From assembly GCA_963716725.1 (NCBI GenBank), contig CAVQUB010000005.1, positions 384,001-448,000 on the forward strand: 64,000 bases of DNA, read 5' to 3'. The position numbers were made by a program, and so were the translations under genes. Source of the DNA: an uncultured delta proteobacterium (GTDB lineage Bacteria; Myxococcota_A; Polyangia; Polyangiales; Polyangiaceae). Positions within the stretch are counted from its first letter, which is position 1; every line of letters begins with the position of its first letter. The notes below the pieces were generated by a model that had not been told where the DNA came from, made no database searches, and was given only the letters and a program-made list of their open reading frames with translations. This document shows positions 22,202 through 32,127 of this stretch, one piece after another.

Positions 22202-23110
22202 TTAATCACTTTTTCGACGGATGGCAGCCCCTCTCGGTGGCGCCGGATCGACCTGGGCGGTTCCGGTGCTGGGATCGAAGCGGACCGAGCGGCCCCCTGG
22301 CAGCCAGATTTCCGCTTTTGGGTCGCGACTTCCGAGCAGGCCGACGAGGGCCCGAGCGTGGGCCCGGCCGAGCGTGATCGCTGCCCCGTCGGCGCCCTGC
22401 AGGGTCGGCGCTCCCGGGTCGGAGAGCTGATCGGCGAGCGCGTTGAGGTGATCGACGATTCGGGGCGAGATCGACTCGAGCAGCGGGAGGAGCTCCTGCC
22501 GCACCCGCGTGCGCAAGAAGCGTGGGCTCGTATTGGTCGGATCCGTCGCGAATCCGAGGCCGTGGCGGCGGAGGTGGGCCTGCACATCCGTTCTTCGTGC
22601 GCGGATCATCGGGCGAAGGAGCGAGTCGGCGCGTGCCGGCAGGACCGCAAGACCCCGCGGTCCTGCTCCACGACACAAGCGGAGCAGGACCGTCTCGGCC
22701 CGGTCGTCCGCGTGGTGCGCCGTCGCCACGAAGGTGGCCCCGAACGCAGCAGCGGCCCGGGCCAGCTCTCCATAGCGCGCGGTCCGCGCCCGCTGCATCA
22801 GGTTGCCGCCGGGAGCGAGGCCGATGCGCGACCTCCCGAAGGGGATCGCCTCGCGGCGCGCCAGCTCCTCGCACAGGTCGAGCTCCGCCGGGGCTTCGGC
22901 CCTGAGGCCGTGATCGACGCCGTGAGCAAAGAGCGCGAAGCCCAGGCGCGGGGCCAGTCGGGCCAACACGTGGAGCAATGCCTGGGAATCGCCGCCGCCG
23001 GAGACGCCGAGGAGAATACCGGCTCCGGTGGGCAGGCGACACTCGGTCTTCAGCGTGCGCTCGACAATCTTGAGCAAGGTCGGCGGATGTGACCGCCGAA
23101 CGCGGGTCAT
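22202..23110 (-). CDS. tilS: tRNA(Ile)-lysidine synthase
   Basis: SGGGDS, DHGLR, ARTARY, TAHHADDRAET, DPTN; classic position upstream of ftsH. Confidence 0.93.
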   Translation of the reverse strand: MTRVRRSHPPTLLKIVERTLKTECRLPTGAGILLGVSGGGDSQALLHVLARLAPRLGFALFAHGVDHGLRAEAPAELDLCEELARREAIPFGRSRIGLAPGGNLMQRARTARYGELARAAAAFGATFVATAHHADDRAETVLLRLCRGAGPRGLAVLPARADSLLRPMIRARRTDVQAHLRRHGLGFATDPTNTSPRFLRTRVRQELLPLLESISPRIVDHLNALADQLSDPGAPTLQGADGAAITLGRAHARALVGLLGSRDPKAEIWLPGGRSVRFDPSTGTAQVDPAPPRGAAIRRKSD

Positions 23111-23301
23111 GCGAGCTCGAAGTCCTTGCAGAACGCCATTTCGCCGACCAGCTCCAAGCGCACGCCGCGGTGGGGTTCTACTGGGTAGCCGTTGCCGCAG
23201 GCAGCGCGATCCTCGGCGAAGTGAGCGCAATCTTCACAGCAGAACTTGAGCGCGAGGTCCTTGGCCTCGCGTCGGAGCTGGTTGCTCACGCGCGTGATCA
23301 C
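23107..23301 (-). CDS. Small Cys-rich protein (64 aa)
   Basis: CCEDCAHF...C..GYP...H...FCKDFE; the stop overlaps the tilS ATG. Confidence 0.65.
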   Translation of the reverse strand: MITRVSNQLRREAKDLALKFCCEDCAHFAEDRAACGNGYPVEPHRGVRLELVGEMAFCKDFELA

Positions 23302-23308
23302 GTCCGGC

Positions 23309-24958
23309 CTATTCCGCGCAGCGCAGCAGGGCCCATCCGCCGGTGGGATCCGTCGACTCGAGGGTGGCCTTGGTGATCCAAGTGACGGCGACGCGGTTGC
23401 GGGCCGCCGCCATCGCGATACGGACTCCGTCGAACGTGGTCAGGTTTGCGGGGCCGAAGGAGGCAGGGAAGTCCATCGAGACCGCTGCTTTGTTCGCTAA
23501 CAGCCCGTCGGCTCCATCGACCCGATGCACGGTGATGCCGCCGCTCCGCCCCTGGGCCACCAGCAAGTGATTTCGAAGCACGGCCAAGGCGCCGCCGCTG
23601 ACCGTTCCCGCGCCGATCAGCACCGAGGCCTTTGGGCTGATGGCGCCGCCGGTAAACTCCGCGGGTTGAATCGTCATGCCGACACCTGCCGGGATCGCCG
23701 CGGCGACTCTGTTGTTCCACGCGACCAGCGCCGCCCACGGCGCGGTCTGAGGCAGGGCGAACTCGGCGGAGAGGTCGAGCGTGTCGCTCGAACGGTCGCC
23801 AACTTTGATCACCGTGATGCTCCCGCCCTCGGTCTGTACCGGCGCCAAGAAGGCGCGGAGCTGCGGGCTGGTGGCCACGAGGGAGTAGACTGCGTCTTCG
23901 TCACCGAAGGGCTTGGCGATGGGCACCGTGCCTTTGAACGCTGCGCCCTGGAGCACCACCCGCTCGATCCAGGGTGAGCCCGCTTCATGCTGCACGCGGT
24001 ACACGAGCTCCCAATCGCCGGCGCCGGCGGCGGGAGCGATGGCGCCGCCTTGCGACATCCACAGGTTCTTGAAGGCTTTGTTGCGCGGTCCCGACGCCTG
24101 CTCGATCTGCCCGTTCGACTTGAAGGGGATGAACACGGCGCCCGCGCCTTGCCCGCAGTCGGGCAGGCTCGTGGTCATCATGCCGGAACCGCCCGCGAAG
24201 GCCATGCCGACTCCGTCCTCGGGCAGCTGGTTGGAACAGCCACCGAGGTCGAAGTTCTGGGCCGGAGTCAGCTCCCCATCGTCCTTGAGGAAGGCGGCGA
24301 CCGCACGCAGCGTGTCGCCGCTCTGATCGCGGTAGCCCAGCATGAAGCCGTCGTCCGTGGCGACGATGCTAGGCCCGGACAGCCTCGCCGTGGGCGCAAT
24401 GGGAGTTGGCAACGCGCCTGCTTGCTCGATGACCAGGCTGCAGCCACCGGGGTCCGGCGTCGTCGGCTTCTTGCACGCACCCTCCTCGCAGACGGTGGGC
24501 GGGAAGCAGCCGCCTCCCTTGAGCAGCTGGCAGTTGCATCTCGCCGCTGGCTCGTCGTGGTTCGACCAGTCACAGGCGGCGATCTTCACGCCGCTGATGC
24601 TCTCGAGATCGGCGACGGTGCAGCCGTAGCCGAGCACGGTGCACTCCTTGTCCCGCAAGATGACCGCGAAGCCGAACTTCGACTGGGGCAGGTCTCCCAC
24701 GTCGGGCAGGCCTCCGTCCGCCGCCACGGTCCATGTCTGTTTGGCGCCACGCGTATCACCCGCTGCGAGTTTGTCGTCCCCCGGGCAAGCGTTGGGGAAC
24801 ACGGCAAACTGCACGAAGTCCGCGGCCTCGCGGAACGAGGTCCCGCTCGAGGCGCACGCGTCGAGCAGCTCGATCGTCACCGCGCGCTGCTTTGCGCAGG
24901 ACGAAGAGACCACCAACCCAAGAAAGAGCAAAAGGGCGACCGAGCCCGCTTTTCTCAT
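23309..24958 (-). CDS. Large secreted lipoprotein, Cys-rich N-terminus and beta-rich C-terminus
   Basis: Signal/lipobox VSSSC; 549-aa ORF within a minus-strand operon. Confidence 0.7.
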   Translation of the reverse strand: MRKAGSVALLLFLGLVVSSSCAKQRAVTIELLDACASSGTSFREAADFVQFAVFPNACPGDDKLAAGDTRGAKQTWTVAADGGLPDVGDLPQSKFGFAVILRDKECTVLGYGCTVADLESISGVKIAACDWSNHDEPAARCNCQLLKGGGCFPPTVCEEGACKKPTTPDPGGCSLVIEQAGALPTPIAPTARLSGPSIVATDDGFMLGYRDQSGDTLRAVAAFLKDDGELTPAQNFDLGGCSNQLPEDGVGMAFAGGSGMMTTSLPDCGQGAGAVFIPFKSNGQIEQASGPRNKAFKNLWMSQGGAIAPAAGAGDWELVYRVQHEAGSPWIERVVLQGAAFKGTVPIAKPFGDEDAVYSLVATSPQLRAFLAPVQTEGGSITVIKVGDRSSDTLDLSAEFALPQTAPWAALVAWNNRVAAAIPAGVGMTIQPAEFTGGAISPKASVLIGAGTVSGGALAVLRNHLLVAQGRSGGITVHRVDGADGLLANKAAVSMDFPASFGPANLTTFDGVRIAMAAARNRVAVTWITKATLESTDPTGGWALLRCAE

Positions 24959-24961
24959 GAT

Positions 24962-27388
24962 TCATTCCATCGTTACGCGGCGAGCCGTGGTCTGGCCAGA
25001 GACGATCGTCACGCCCAGCGACTTCTTGACCGAACCGTAGCGCAAACCCACCCCGTGGTTGCCCGGGGGCAGCGCCGCTCGGACCACGGGCGACGGCCCG
25101 AGGCTGCGCCCCCCGGCGCTGACCGAGTCGCAGCCGGGCACGCACATGACCGTCAGGTAGCCGGGCTCGCCCTTGCCCGTGGTGGCGACCGGCGGTTTTG
25201 GCGTCGGTGCCGCCGTCGGCGTCCAGGCGGGCTTCGGCGTCGGTCCTGTCGGCGGGGCCGGGGTCGGGGTCGCGACCGGCGCCTCCTTGGGCAAGCTGTC
25301 GGGATTCACAGCCTCGGTCGTGGCGGTGGGCGTCGGCGCCGCGGTCACGACCGGCGCTGCCGTCGGAATGGTCGTTGGCGACGGTGTCGGCGTCGGAGTC
25401 GGGGCGGTGACCGGTGCCGCCGTGGCGGTCTTCTGGTCCTTGGGGCTGTCGGTGATCCGAAGCACCACCAGCGCGGTGAGCGTGAGCGCAATGAGCGTCG
25501 TTGCCGCCGCGATGACCGCGATCAGCACGTTCGACCGCTGCTGCTCCGGATGCTGCAGGCTCGGCGGAGCGGTGGGCAGCGGGTAGGACGCCTCGGGATA
25601 GCCGATGTGTCGAATCGTTCCTGTCGCCGCCGGCATCGCACGCTGCGCCGAGTGATCACCGAGCAGCAAGGTGGGAGCCACGACGATCGCGTCGTCGGGG
25701 CTCGGCGCCGGCTGCCGGCTCTTTGCGGGCTCGTGAACGGTGCTGATGGTGTGGGACTCTTCTTCGATGTCCATCACCGTCGTGACGAGGTCTTCGTCTT
25801 CGGCGGCGTAGTCGTGCATGACGCCCGAGGGCGGCGGCGGCGCGGGTTCGCCCGTGAAGCTCGGCAGCGGCAGCGTATGACCCCGCGGCGGCCCCAGCCC
25901 GAGCATCGTCGGGTTGGGCGGAGGCGGCGCGCCGGCCGCAGGTGGCGGGGCGGCTTGGGGCGAAGATCGGTGCGGCATCACCACGCGAGTCTTCGCGAGC
26001 TCGTCGTCCTCTTCGGGCTCGAGCAGGTCTTCGGTGCCCGTCTGACTCGTGCTCTCGAAAGCGGGCAGCGGCCGCGTCGGCGCGGCGGGAGAGGGCGGAC
26101 CGGGTCGCGGGGCCGGCGCCGGTCGCGGCAGCGGCGCGGTCACCGCGCGTGCGTGGGACGCTGCGGGGGTGGGTCCTCCCGTACGATTGGGCATGCCGGC
26201 TGCCGGCCGCGGGCCGCGCGGCACCTCTTGCACGTCGGACTCGTAGGTGAGCATCGAGGCTTCTTCACCCGTGATGGCACCCGAGCGCTCGAGCGCGCCG
26301 AGCGAAACGGTTTGAGTGACCTCGGCGGCCCACTGCAGGTGCGCCTCGCGTTTCTGGAAGCGCTCCGAGAGCACGTGTTTGACGTAGGCGCCGATCTCTT
26401 CAGGTCCAACGAACGCGCCGGCGCGCATCACGTACTGCTGCAGCGCGCGCGACATGTCGCGGGCGGAGGCAAAGCGCCGATTGGGGTCCTTGGCCAGCGC
26501 GCGCATCACGATCGATTCGAGTTCGACCGGGTAGTTGTCGATGATGCTGGAGGGCGGCGGAACGACGCAGGACTGCACCCGCTCCAGCGTCTCGAGGTCG
26601 CTGTCCATGCGGAATAGACGGCGCCCGGTGGTGAGCTCCCAGAGCACCACGCCCAGCGCAAAAATGTCGGTGCGCCGGTCGATGGAGATGCCGTGGACCT
26701 GCTCCGGGCTCATGTACGCGAGCTTGCCCTTCAGCGTCCCCGCGCGTGTGGTCGACAGCCGACCAGTGACCTTGGCGATGCCGAAGTCCACCACCTTGAC
26801 CGCGCCGTCGTAGGTGAGAAACAGGTTGTGCGGCGTGACGTCGCGATGCACCAGGTTGAGGAGCTTGCCGTCCTTGTCTCGGAGTTCGTGCGCGGCGTGC
26901 AGACCCTCGGCCGCATCTGAGATCACTTTGGCGGCGAGGTGTGCGCCCATGGTGGGCGCGCCGCCTTCCTCGACCGCGCGCATGATCTCGCGCAGCGGTT
27001 CGCCGTGCAGGTACTCCATGGCGATCCAGTAGGTGTCGCCTTGCTTCCCGAGGTCGAACACTTGCGCGACGTTCGGGTGGGAGATGCGCGCCGCGATTCG
27101 CGCCTCGTCCAAGAACATGCGGATGAACTGCTCGTCTTCGGCGAGGTGCCGGTGGATGCGCTTGATCGCGACCCACTTCTGGAATCCGCCCGGACCGTCG
27201 GCGCGCGCCAGGTGCACGGCGGCCATCCCGCCGACGCCGATCTCGTCGACGACTCGATAGCGGCCCAGGAAGTACGTGCCCCCCGAGGGCACGCTCGGTT
27301 CACTGCCCTCGGCCATGCGTCGCTCGCGATCGTCCGGCCCTCCGAGCTTCGGGCGGTGCGGGTTGCCGGGGACCATGTCGTTCGCCAT
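24962..27388 (-). CDS. Transmembrane Ser/Thr protein kinase with Pro-rich linker and PEGA-like tail
   Basis: IGVGGMAAVHLA, AIK, HRDVTPHN, DFG, GKLAYMSPE; TM VLIAVIAAATTLIALTLTALVVL. Confidence 0.92.
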   Translation of the reverse strand: MANDMVPGNPHRPKLGGPDDRERRMAEGSEPSVPSGGTYFLGRYRVVDEIGVGGMAAVHLARADGPGGFQKWVAIKRIHRHLAEDEQFIRMFLDEARIAARISHPNVAQVFDLGKQGDTYWIAMEYLHGEPLREIMRAVEEGGAPTMGAHLAAKVISDAAEGLHAAHELRDKDGKLLNLVHRDVTPHNLFLTYDGAVKVVDFGIAKVTGRLSTTRAGTLKGKLAYMSPEQVHGISIDRRTDIFALGVVLWELTTGRRLFRMDSDLETLERVQSCVVPPPSSIIDNYPVELESIVMRALAKDPNRRFASARDMSRALQQYVMRAGAFVGPEEIGAYVKHVLSERFQKREAHLQWAAEVTQTVSLGALERSGAITGEEASMLTYESDVQEVPRGPRPAAGMPNRTGGPTPAASHARAVTAPLPRPAPAPRPGPPSPAAPTRPLPAFESTSQTGTEDLLEPEEDDELAKTRVVMPHRSSPQAAPPPAAGAPPPPNPTMLGLGPPRGHTLPLPSFTGEPAPPPPSGVMHDYAAEDEDLVTTVMDIEEESHTISTVHEPAKSRQPAPSPDDAIVVAPTLLLGDHSAQRAMPAATGTIRHIGYPEASYPLPTAPPSLQHPEQQRSNVLIAVIAAATTLIALTLTALVVLRITDSPKDQKTATAAPVTAPTPTPTPSPTTIPTAAPVVTAAPTPTATTEAVNPDSLPKEAPVATPTPAPPTGPTPKPAWTPTAAPTPKPPVATTGKGEPGYLTVMCVPGCDSVSAGGRSLGPSPVVRAALPPGNHGVGLRYGSVKKSLGVTIVSGQTTARRVTME

Positions 27389-27391
27389 CGC

Positions 27392-28282
27392 CTACTTTTT
27401 CCAGGCGGGCGAGCCCACGCTCACGTCGGCGGGCTTGCGCGTGACGGCGTAGGCGACGATGCCTCCGACGATCAGCGCGCCGCCGATGATCCACGGCAAT
27501 GGGCCGGCGAAGAAACCGCCGCCGCCCTTGTCCTTTTCTGGCGGCTTGGTCGGCTCCGGCATGGGCTCGTCGTCCATCCCGCCTTCGCTCGTGCGGGTGC
27601 CCTCGACTCGGATCTTTCCCTCGGTGATCGTCCAGGCGTTGTTCTGCGCGTCGACCGCCGAGGCCTTCACTTTGAGGCGAGCGCCCGACATGGCGACACG
27701 CTTGGGGAAATCGAAGGTGAGGGAAGGCTCGGAGCTCTTCTTGCGCTTCCACTTCTTGCCGCTCACCGGATCCTCGATGGCGACGATAACCTCGGACACC
27801 AACACCGCGAACCCCGGTGGGATCTCCGTCTCGAGCGTGAAGCCCTGGTTGGCCGGGATGGTGTCGGGTGCCTTCAGCGTGATGCTGAGCTTCTCTCCGC
27901 CCTGTTGCTGGGACTCTTTGCGGGCTTGCTGGAAAAGCTTCTTGGCTTTTGGCCCGCTCTCCGCCGGCAGCTCGAAACGAGGGTCGATGGCGGCGGCGAC
28001 GCGGAACGAACTCAATGCACCGTTGGTGTCGTTGATGGCCGCCTTCACCGTGCCCACACGAGAGTGAGCGAGGACGACGTCGGTGGGATCCAACCCGCCC
28101 GCAGCCAACGCCTTCTCGTAGAGGTCCTTGGCCTTCTCGAGCTCGCCCTGGTGCCACGCCGCGTCGGCTTGACCGAAGGACTTGGGCGCGGCCACGGCTG
28201 TCGTCGCGAACAACGCGATCAGCACCAGCGCCGCGGCAACGACGCGGACTGTCGCGAGCAGGGCTTGTGCTCGGAATACCAT
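27392..28282 (-). CDS. Secreted protein with TPR-like N-terminus and C-terminal hydrophobic anchor
   Basis: Signal peptide, helical repeat region, C-terminal PLPWIIGGALIVGGIVAYAV. Confidence 0.7.
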   Translation of the reverse strand: MVFRAQALLATVRVVAAALVLIALFATTAVAAPKSFGQADAAWHQGELEKAKDLYEKALAAGGLDPTDVVLAHSRVGTVKAAINDTNGALSSFRVAAAIDPRFELPAESGPKAKKLFQQARKESQQQGGEKLSITLKAPDTIPANQGFTLETEIPPGFAVLVSEVIVAIEDPVSGKKWKRKKSSEPSLTFDFPKRVAMSGARLKVKASAVDAQNNAWTITEGKIRVEGTRTSEGGMDDEPMPEPTKPPEKDKGGGGFFAGPLPWIIGGALIVGGIVAYAVTRKPADVSVGSPAWKK

Positions 28283-28408
28283 CGAAATCTTCGCTCAGCG
28301 TACTGGGGTGGGAGGGCCGAATCAACCAAGCCACTCGGGCCCGGTCAGTCTAGCACGTGCCGTCCGCCGGGGGCCGTGAGGGTCGATGTGCGACAGTGTG
28401 TGGAGGGC

Positions 28409-29029
28409 TCAGGGAAACGGCTGTGCAGGCTGGCCGCGCTGGAAGAAGAAGCGGAACCAACCGGTGACCAGGCTCGTTCGCTCGGGGTCGATGCTGCCAT
28501 CGGGCAAGATGTGCCGCGGATCGGCGAAGGTCGCAGTGAAGCGCGCTTCGCTAAGTCGGTCGTCGGCGTTGCCTTCGTTGGGGTCGCCGCTGAAGAGGGA
28601 GTCGAAGCTGATCTTTCCGTCGACGGAGTACAGGGTCCCGTTCTGCTCGTGGCACGTGTCGTGGAGGTAGAGCGAGAGGTGGACCCGGGGCGGATCCGGA
28701 TTCAGCGTCACTGGCACTCCTGGCGGGGTCACGCCCGCGGGCATCCCGACGGGCAGGTCGGTGCCCAGCGACTCGTCTCGGATCTTGTCGACATCGTGGA
28801 CCAGAACGATCAAGCCGTCGGACACCTCTTCCAGGTTGTCGCCGCGTTGGATGCGATTCGTGATCGTATTTCGATACGGGTTGGCGCCGAAGAACGTCGG
28901 CCCGAGATCGAAGGGACCGTTCCAGCAGTCTTCAACGTACAGGCGATCGCTCTTCACCTCGCCTTCACCTTCGGCGGTGGAGCAGCCCAGGGCGGCGAGC
29001 GCCATCGCGAGACCGAGCGCACACCTCAT
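28409..29029 (-). CDS. Hypothetical lipoprotein
   Basis: Lipobox ALGC; coupled to the mnmA stop; ends FFFQRGQPAQPFP. Confidence 0.7.
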   Translation of the reverse strand: MRCALGLAMALAALGCSTAEGEGEVKSDRLYVEDCWNGPFDLGPTFFGANPYRNTITNRIQRGDNLEEVSDGLIVLVHDVDKIRDESLGTDLPVGMPAGVTPPGVPVTLNPDPPRVHLSLYLHDTCHEQNGTLYSVDGKISFDSLFSGDPNEGNADDRLSEARFTATFADPRHILPDGSIDPERTSLVTGWFRFFFQRGQPAQPFP

Positions 29030-30108
29030 GACGACCCCAGCTTGGTGTTCGAGCAGATGCGCCCTCCGCCGAGCACCCGATCGCCGCGGTAGAAGACCGC
29101 GAATTGGCCCGGCACCACCGCGCGGACCGGGGCTTCGAAGGCGACCTCGGCGCCACCCCCGGGTCGCGGGCGGATTTCGGCCGGGTGGGCCGCGCCGCGG
29201 TAGCGCACGGCGACGCTGGCGCGGAGCGGCAAGCGCACATCTGCCGCCAAGCTGAGCTCGTCCAGCTCGGCGAGCCGCGAGTCGAGCGCCTCGCGCGAAC
29301 CGAGGCGCACGGTGGACGACGGGGCATCGATGTCGACCACGAACGCGCGCTCACCCAGCGCGACGCCCAGGTTCCTGCGCTGCCCGAGGGTGAAGCGATG
29401 AACCCCCTCGTGCGAGCCGACCACACGGCCTTCCGCATCGACGATGGCTCCAGGGCGAATTCGGTCGCTGGCGCGAGCGCTCACCAGCTCATCGTAGCGG
29501 CCCGTCGGCACGAAGCACAGCTCTTGGCTCTCACCCTTGCCCGCGCCGGGCAGGCCGAGGCGCTCCGCCTCGCTCCGGACCTCCTGCTTTTCGCGGTCAC
29601 CCAGGGGAAAACAGAGCCGGCTCAGCTGCTCTCTATCGAGCATGTGCAGGAAGTAGCTCTGGTCCTTCGATGCATCGCGGGCACGATACAGCCCCAGCAC
29701 GCCGTCTTCGTCCCGAATCCTGGCGTAGTGTCCTGTGGCAACGCGCTCCGCTCCGAGCTCGTCCGCAAGATGAAGGAGCTCCTTCATCTTGACTCCGCGG
29801 TTGCAGCGCACGCAGGGGCTCGGCGTCTCGCCGTCGAGGTAGCTCTGGACGAAGGGGGCGACGATCTCTCGCTCGAACTCCCGCCGGCGATCGAAGGCGT
29901 AGTGCGGGATGCCCAGCACGTCGGCCACCCGGCGGGCGTCGTGAACGTCTTCCGGCGCGCAGCACCGACCGCGCACGGTGCCGTCGTCGGGCGTGTCCCA
30001 GAGATGGAGGGTGACGCCGATGACTTCGTAGCCGTCCGCGACCAGACGCGCCGCCGCCACCGAGGAATCGACTCCTCCACTCATGGCGATCAGGACCCGG
30101 CCCGGCAT
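29026..30108 (-). CDS. mnmA: tRNA 2-thiouridine(34) synthase
   Basis: AMSGGVDSS, PSPCVRCN, ATGHYA, KDQSYFL, ESQELCF, TLGQRR, PGQFAVFY. Confidence 0.96.
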   Translation of the reverse strand: MPGRVLIAMSGGVDSSVAAARLVADGYEVIGVTLHLWDTPDDGTVRGRCCAPEDVHDARRVADVLGIPHYAFDRRREFEREIVAPFVQSYLDGETPSPCVRCNRGVKMKELLHLADELGAERVATGHYARIRDEDGVLGLYRARDASKDQSYFLHMLDREQLSRLCFPLGDREKQEVRSEAERLGLPGAGKGESQELCFVPTGRYDELVSARASDRIRPGAIVDAEGRVVGSHEGVHRFTLGQRRNLGVALGERAFVVDIDAPSSTVRLGSREALDSRLAELDELSLAADVRLPLRASVAVRYRGAAHPAEIRPRPGGGAEVAFEAPVRAVVPGQFAVFYRGDRVLGGGRICSNTKLGSS

Positions 30109-30170
30109 GCCCGGCATTATGACCCGAAGAATTCAGGAAACTCGGCCTGGGCATGGGCCGATGGGCGCCC

Positions 30171-30494
30171 ATGATCGAAAAGCCGCGCGGAAATCCAGGG
30201 CTCGAAGCTCGAGAAACGCCCCCGGCGGCCCCACGCTCGGGCCGCTCCGGCCATCACGAGCGGGTCGGTGGCCAGTCCTTCGCCGAGGTCCTCGAGCGCC
30301 TCGGCTCGCAGATCGATCGGGGCGAGGCGTTGGTGAAACGCGCCGTGTCGGGCAGCGGCACTCGCGACGCGGGTGATCTGATCGCGCTGCAAGCCGGGAT
30401 TTATCGCTACACCGAGGCCGTCGATCTCGCGGCCAAGCTGGTGGACCGCACCACCGCGGCGGTCAAGACGACGCTGCAAGGTTCCGGTGGTTGA
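30171..30494 (+). CDS. Type III secretion inner-rod (EscI/YscI/HrpB)-like small protein
   Basis: C-terminal DLIALQAGIYRYTEAVDLAAKLVDRTTAAVKTTLQ resembles the rod/needle helical-hairpin motif. Confidence 0.55.
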   Translation: MIEKPRGNPGLEARETPPAAPRSGRSGHHERVGGQSFAEVLERLGSQIDRGEALVKRAVSGSGTRDAGDLIALQAGIYRYTEAVDLAAKLVDRTTAAVKTTLQGSGG

Positions 30495-30553
30495 GCGCAC
30501 GCCGCCAAGCCGCTTGGTGAGCCGATGCGCGTCGCGACCTGCGATCCGGGCGC

Positions 30554-32077
30554 TCACCGCGCGGCCAGGCTCAGCTCTTTGTGCAAGGGATACAGCGAGC
30601 TCTCTTCGGCTTGCATGCGCGCGGCCAAGGCGTCGAGCACGTCCGCCCACTCGGCGCCGGCCTCTGCCATGTCGCTCACGTCGCCGTGCCGCTGGAAGAA
30701 GCCGCTCAGCACCTCGCCGATGTCGGCCATGCCCGCGGCGAACTCGTCGACCAGCGCGACCATGTCGCTGTCGCCACCGCGCTCGGCCAAGACCCGCAGC
30801 TCGGGGTAGAGCCGCGCGTCTTCCTGCTCGATGTGCGTGGCCAGCGTCTCGCGCAGGCGCTTCATCAGGGCCTTGGCCTGTGCCGCATCGCCGGCATCGA
30901 GCGCGACGCCGATTTGCTTGGCCGTGAGCTTGAGCGTGAGGTGGTGGCCTTTCAAAGTCGAGATCAGCGTGAGCGATGAGCGCGAGTCGATGGTGCTGCG
31001 CTCGAAGCTGCGGGACTTGCTGCTGCTCGTCTTGGGCGAAGAGCCGCCCACGCGGCTGGGCTCGGAGTCTTCTTTGGTGAAGGCCGCGGGCACGTGGCGG
31101 GTCGGGTCATCGGAGAACGCCGGCCCGGCCACCGTCGCTGTGGGCGAGCTCGGCCCAACCACGGTCAGGGGCGAGACCTCCAGCGTACGCTGGATGCGGG
31201 CGAGCGAGCGCAGCCCGCGGTCGCTGGCCAGGGGGCCGAGCGCCCGGCCGAGGTCCCCAACGTCGCGGTAGCGGAGCTTGGGAGCTTTCTCCAGGCAGCG
31301 CTGGATCACCGGCAGGAGCTCGCGGGGCACGCGCTGCCCTTGCTCACTGCCGTCGGGAACGGGCGCGTTCACGATCTGCATGACGAGCGCCGGCAGGGTC
31401 TTGGCGTCGTACGGGCGACGCCCAACCACCATCTGATAGAGGATGATCCCGAGGGACCAGATGTCGGAGCGACCATCGACCTCCGAGGCGTTGGCGATCT
31501 GCTCGGGCGACATGTACGCGGGCGACCCCATCAGCTCGTGGGCGGCGGTGAGCGCTGGCTCCATGCCCTCGGTGCGCAGCTTGCTGATGCCGAAGTCCAA
31601 GATCTTGATCGCGTCTTCGCCATCGGGCCCGCGCACCAAGAACAGGTTTGCCGGCTTCAAGTCGCGGTGGATCATGCCCAGAGTGTGCGCTTCAGCTAGG
31701 GCTTCACAGGCCTGAAGCAGGAGGTCCGCGGCCTCGCGCACCCCGAGTGGGCCGCGGGTCTGAATGCGGGCCTGCAGGTCGTCCCCCTCGAGCAGCTCCA
31801 TCACGAGGTAAGGCGCTCCATCGGGGAGCGAATCGACATCGAAGATCCGCGCGACCCGGTCGCTCTTGATCTTCACCGCGGAGCGGCCTTCGCGCAGGAA
31901 GCGCACCACCATGTCGGGGCGCTTGCACTGCTCCGCGAGCAGGAACTTCACCGCCACCACGTCGTCGAGGTGGATGCGTCGCGCGGCCACCACCACGCCC
32001 ATGCCGCCACGCCCGATGACACGCTCGACGCGATACTTGCCCGCAAACTCATATCCAGGAGTGAGCTCGCGCTGCAT
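30554..32077 (-). CDS. Cytoplasmic Ser/Thr kinase fused to a C-terminal hemerythrin-like domain
   Basis: GRGGMG, HRDLKPAN, DFG, GSPAYMSPE; C-terminal HH...HIEQED..LYP...RMQAEES.LYP; no TM helix. Confidence 0.85.
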   Translation of the reverse strand: MQRELTPGYEFAGKYRVERVIGRGGMGVVVAARRIHLDDVVAVKFLLAEQCKRPDMVVRFLREGRSAVKIKSDRVARIFDVDSLPDGAPYLVMELLEGDDLQARIQTRGPLGVREAADLLLQACEALAEAHTLGMIHRDLKPANLFLVRGPDGEDAIKILDFGISKLRTEGMEPALTAAHELMGSPAYMSPEQIANASEVDGRSDIWSLGIILYQMVVGRRPYDAKTLPALVMQIVNAPVPDGSEQGQRVPRELLPVIQRCLEKAPKLRYRDVGDLGRALGPLASDRGLRSLARIQRTLEVSPLTVVGPSSPTATVAGPAFSDDPTRHVPAAFTKEDSEPSRVGGSSPKTSSSKSRSFERSTIDSRSSLTLISTLKGHHLTLKLTAKQIGVALDAGDAAQAKALMKRLRETLATHIEQEDARLYPELRVLAERGGDSDMVALVDEFAAGMADIGEVLSGFFQRHGDVSDMAEAGAEWADVLDALAARMQAEESSLYPLHKELSLAAR

Positions 32078-32085
32078 GAGCGCTC

Positions 32086-32127
32086 AGACTAGCAAGCTCG
32101 CGTGTCCGACGACATGATTGACATCAG
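32086..32127 (-). promoter_or_regulatory. Class II FNR/CRP-family promoter: box TGAT-N4-ATCA plus extended -10 TGcTAGTCT
   Basis: aTGATtgacATCAg at 32114-32127 (centre 32120.5). The -10 at 32091-32086 implies +1 near 32079, placing the box at about -41.5. Confidence 0.55.

Noticed and set aside
23987..29092. Very long + strand ORFs (876 and 717 aa), and similar ones such as 20387..22090 and 47146..48786
   Set aside because: They are antisense shadows of well-supported genes, Arg-rich and motif-free, as expected at high GC.
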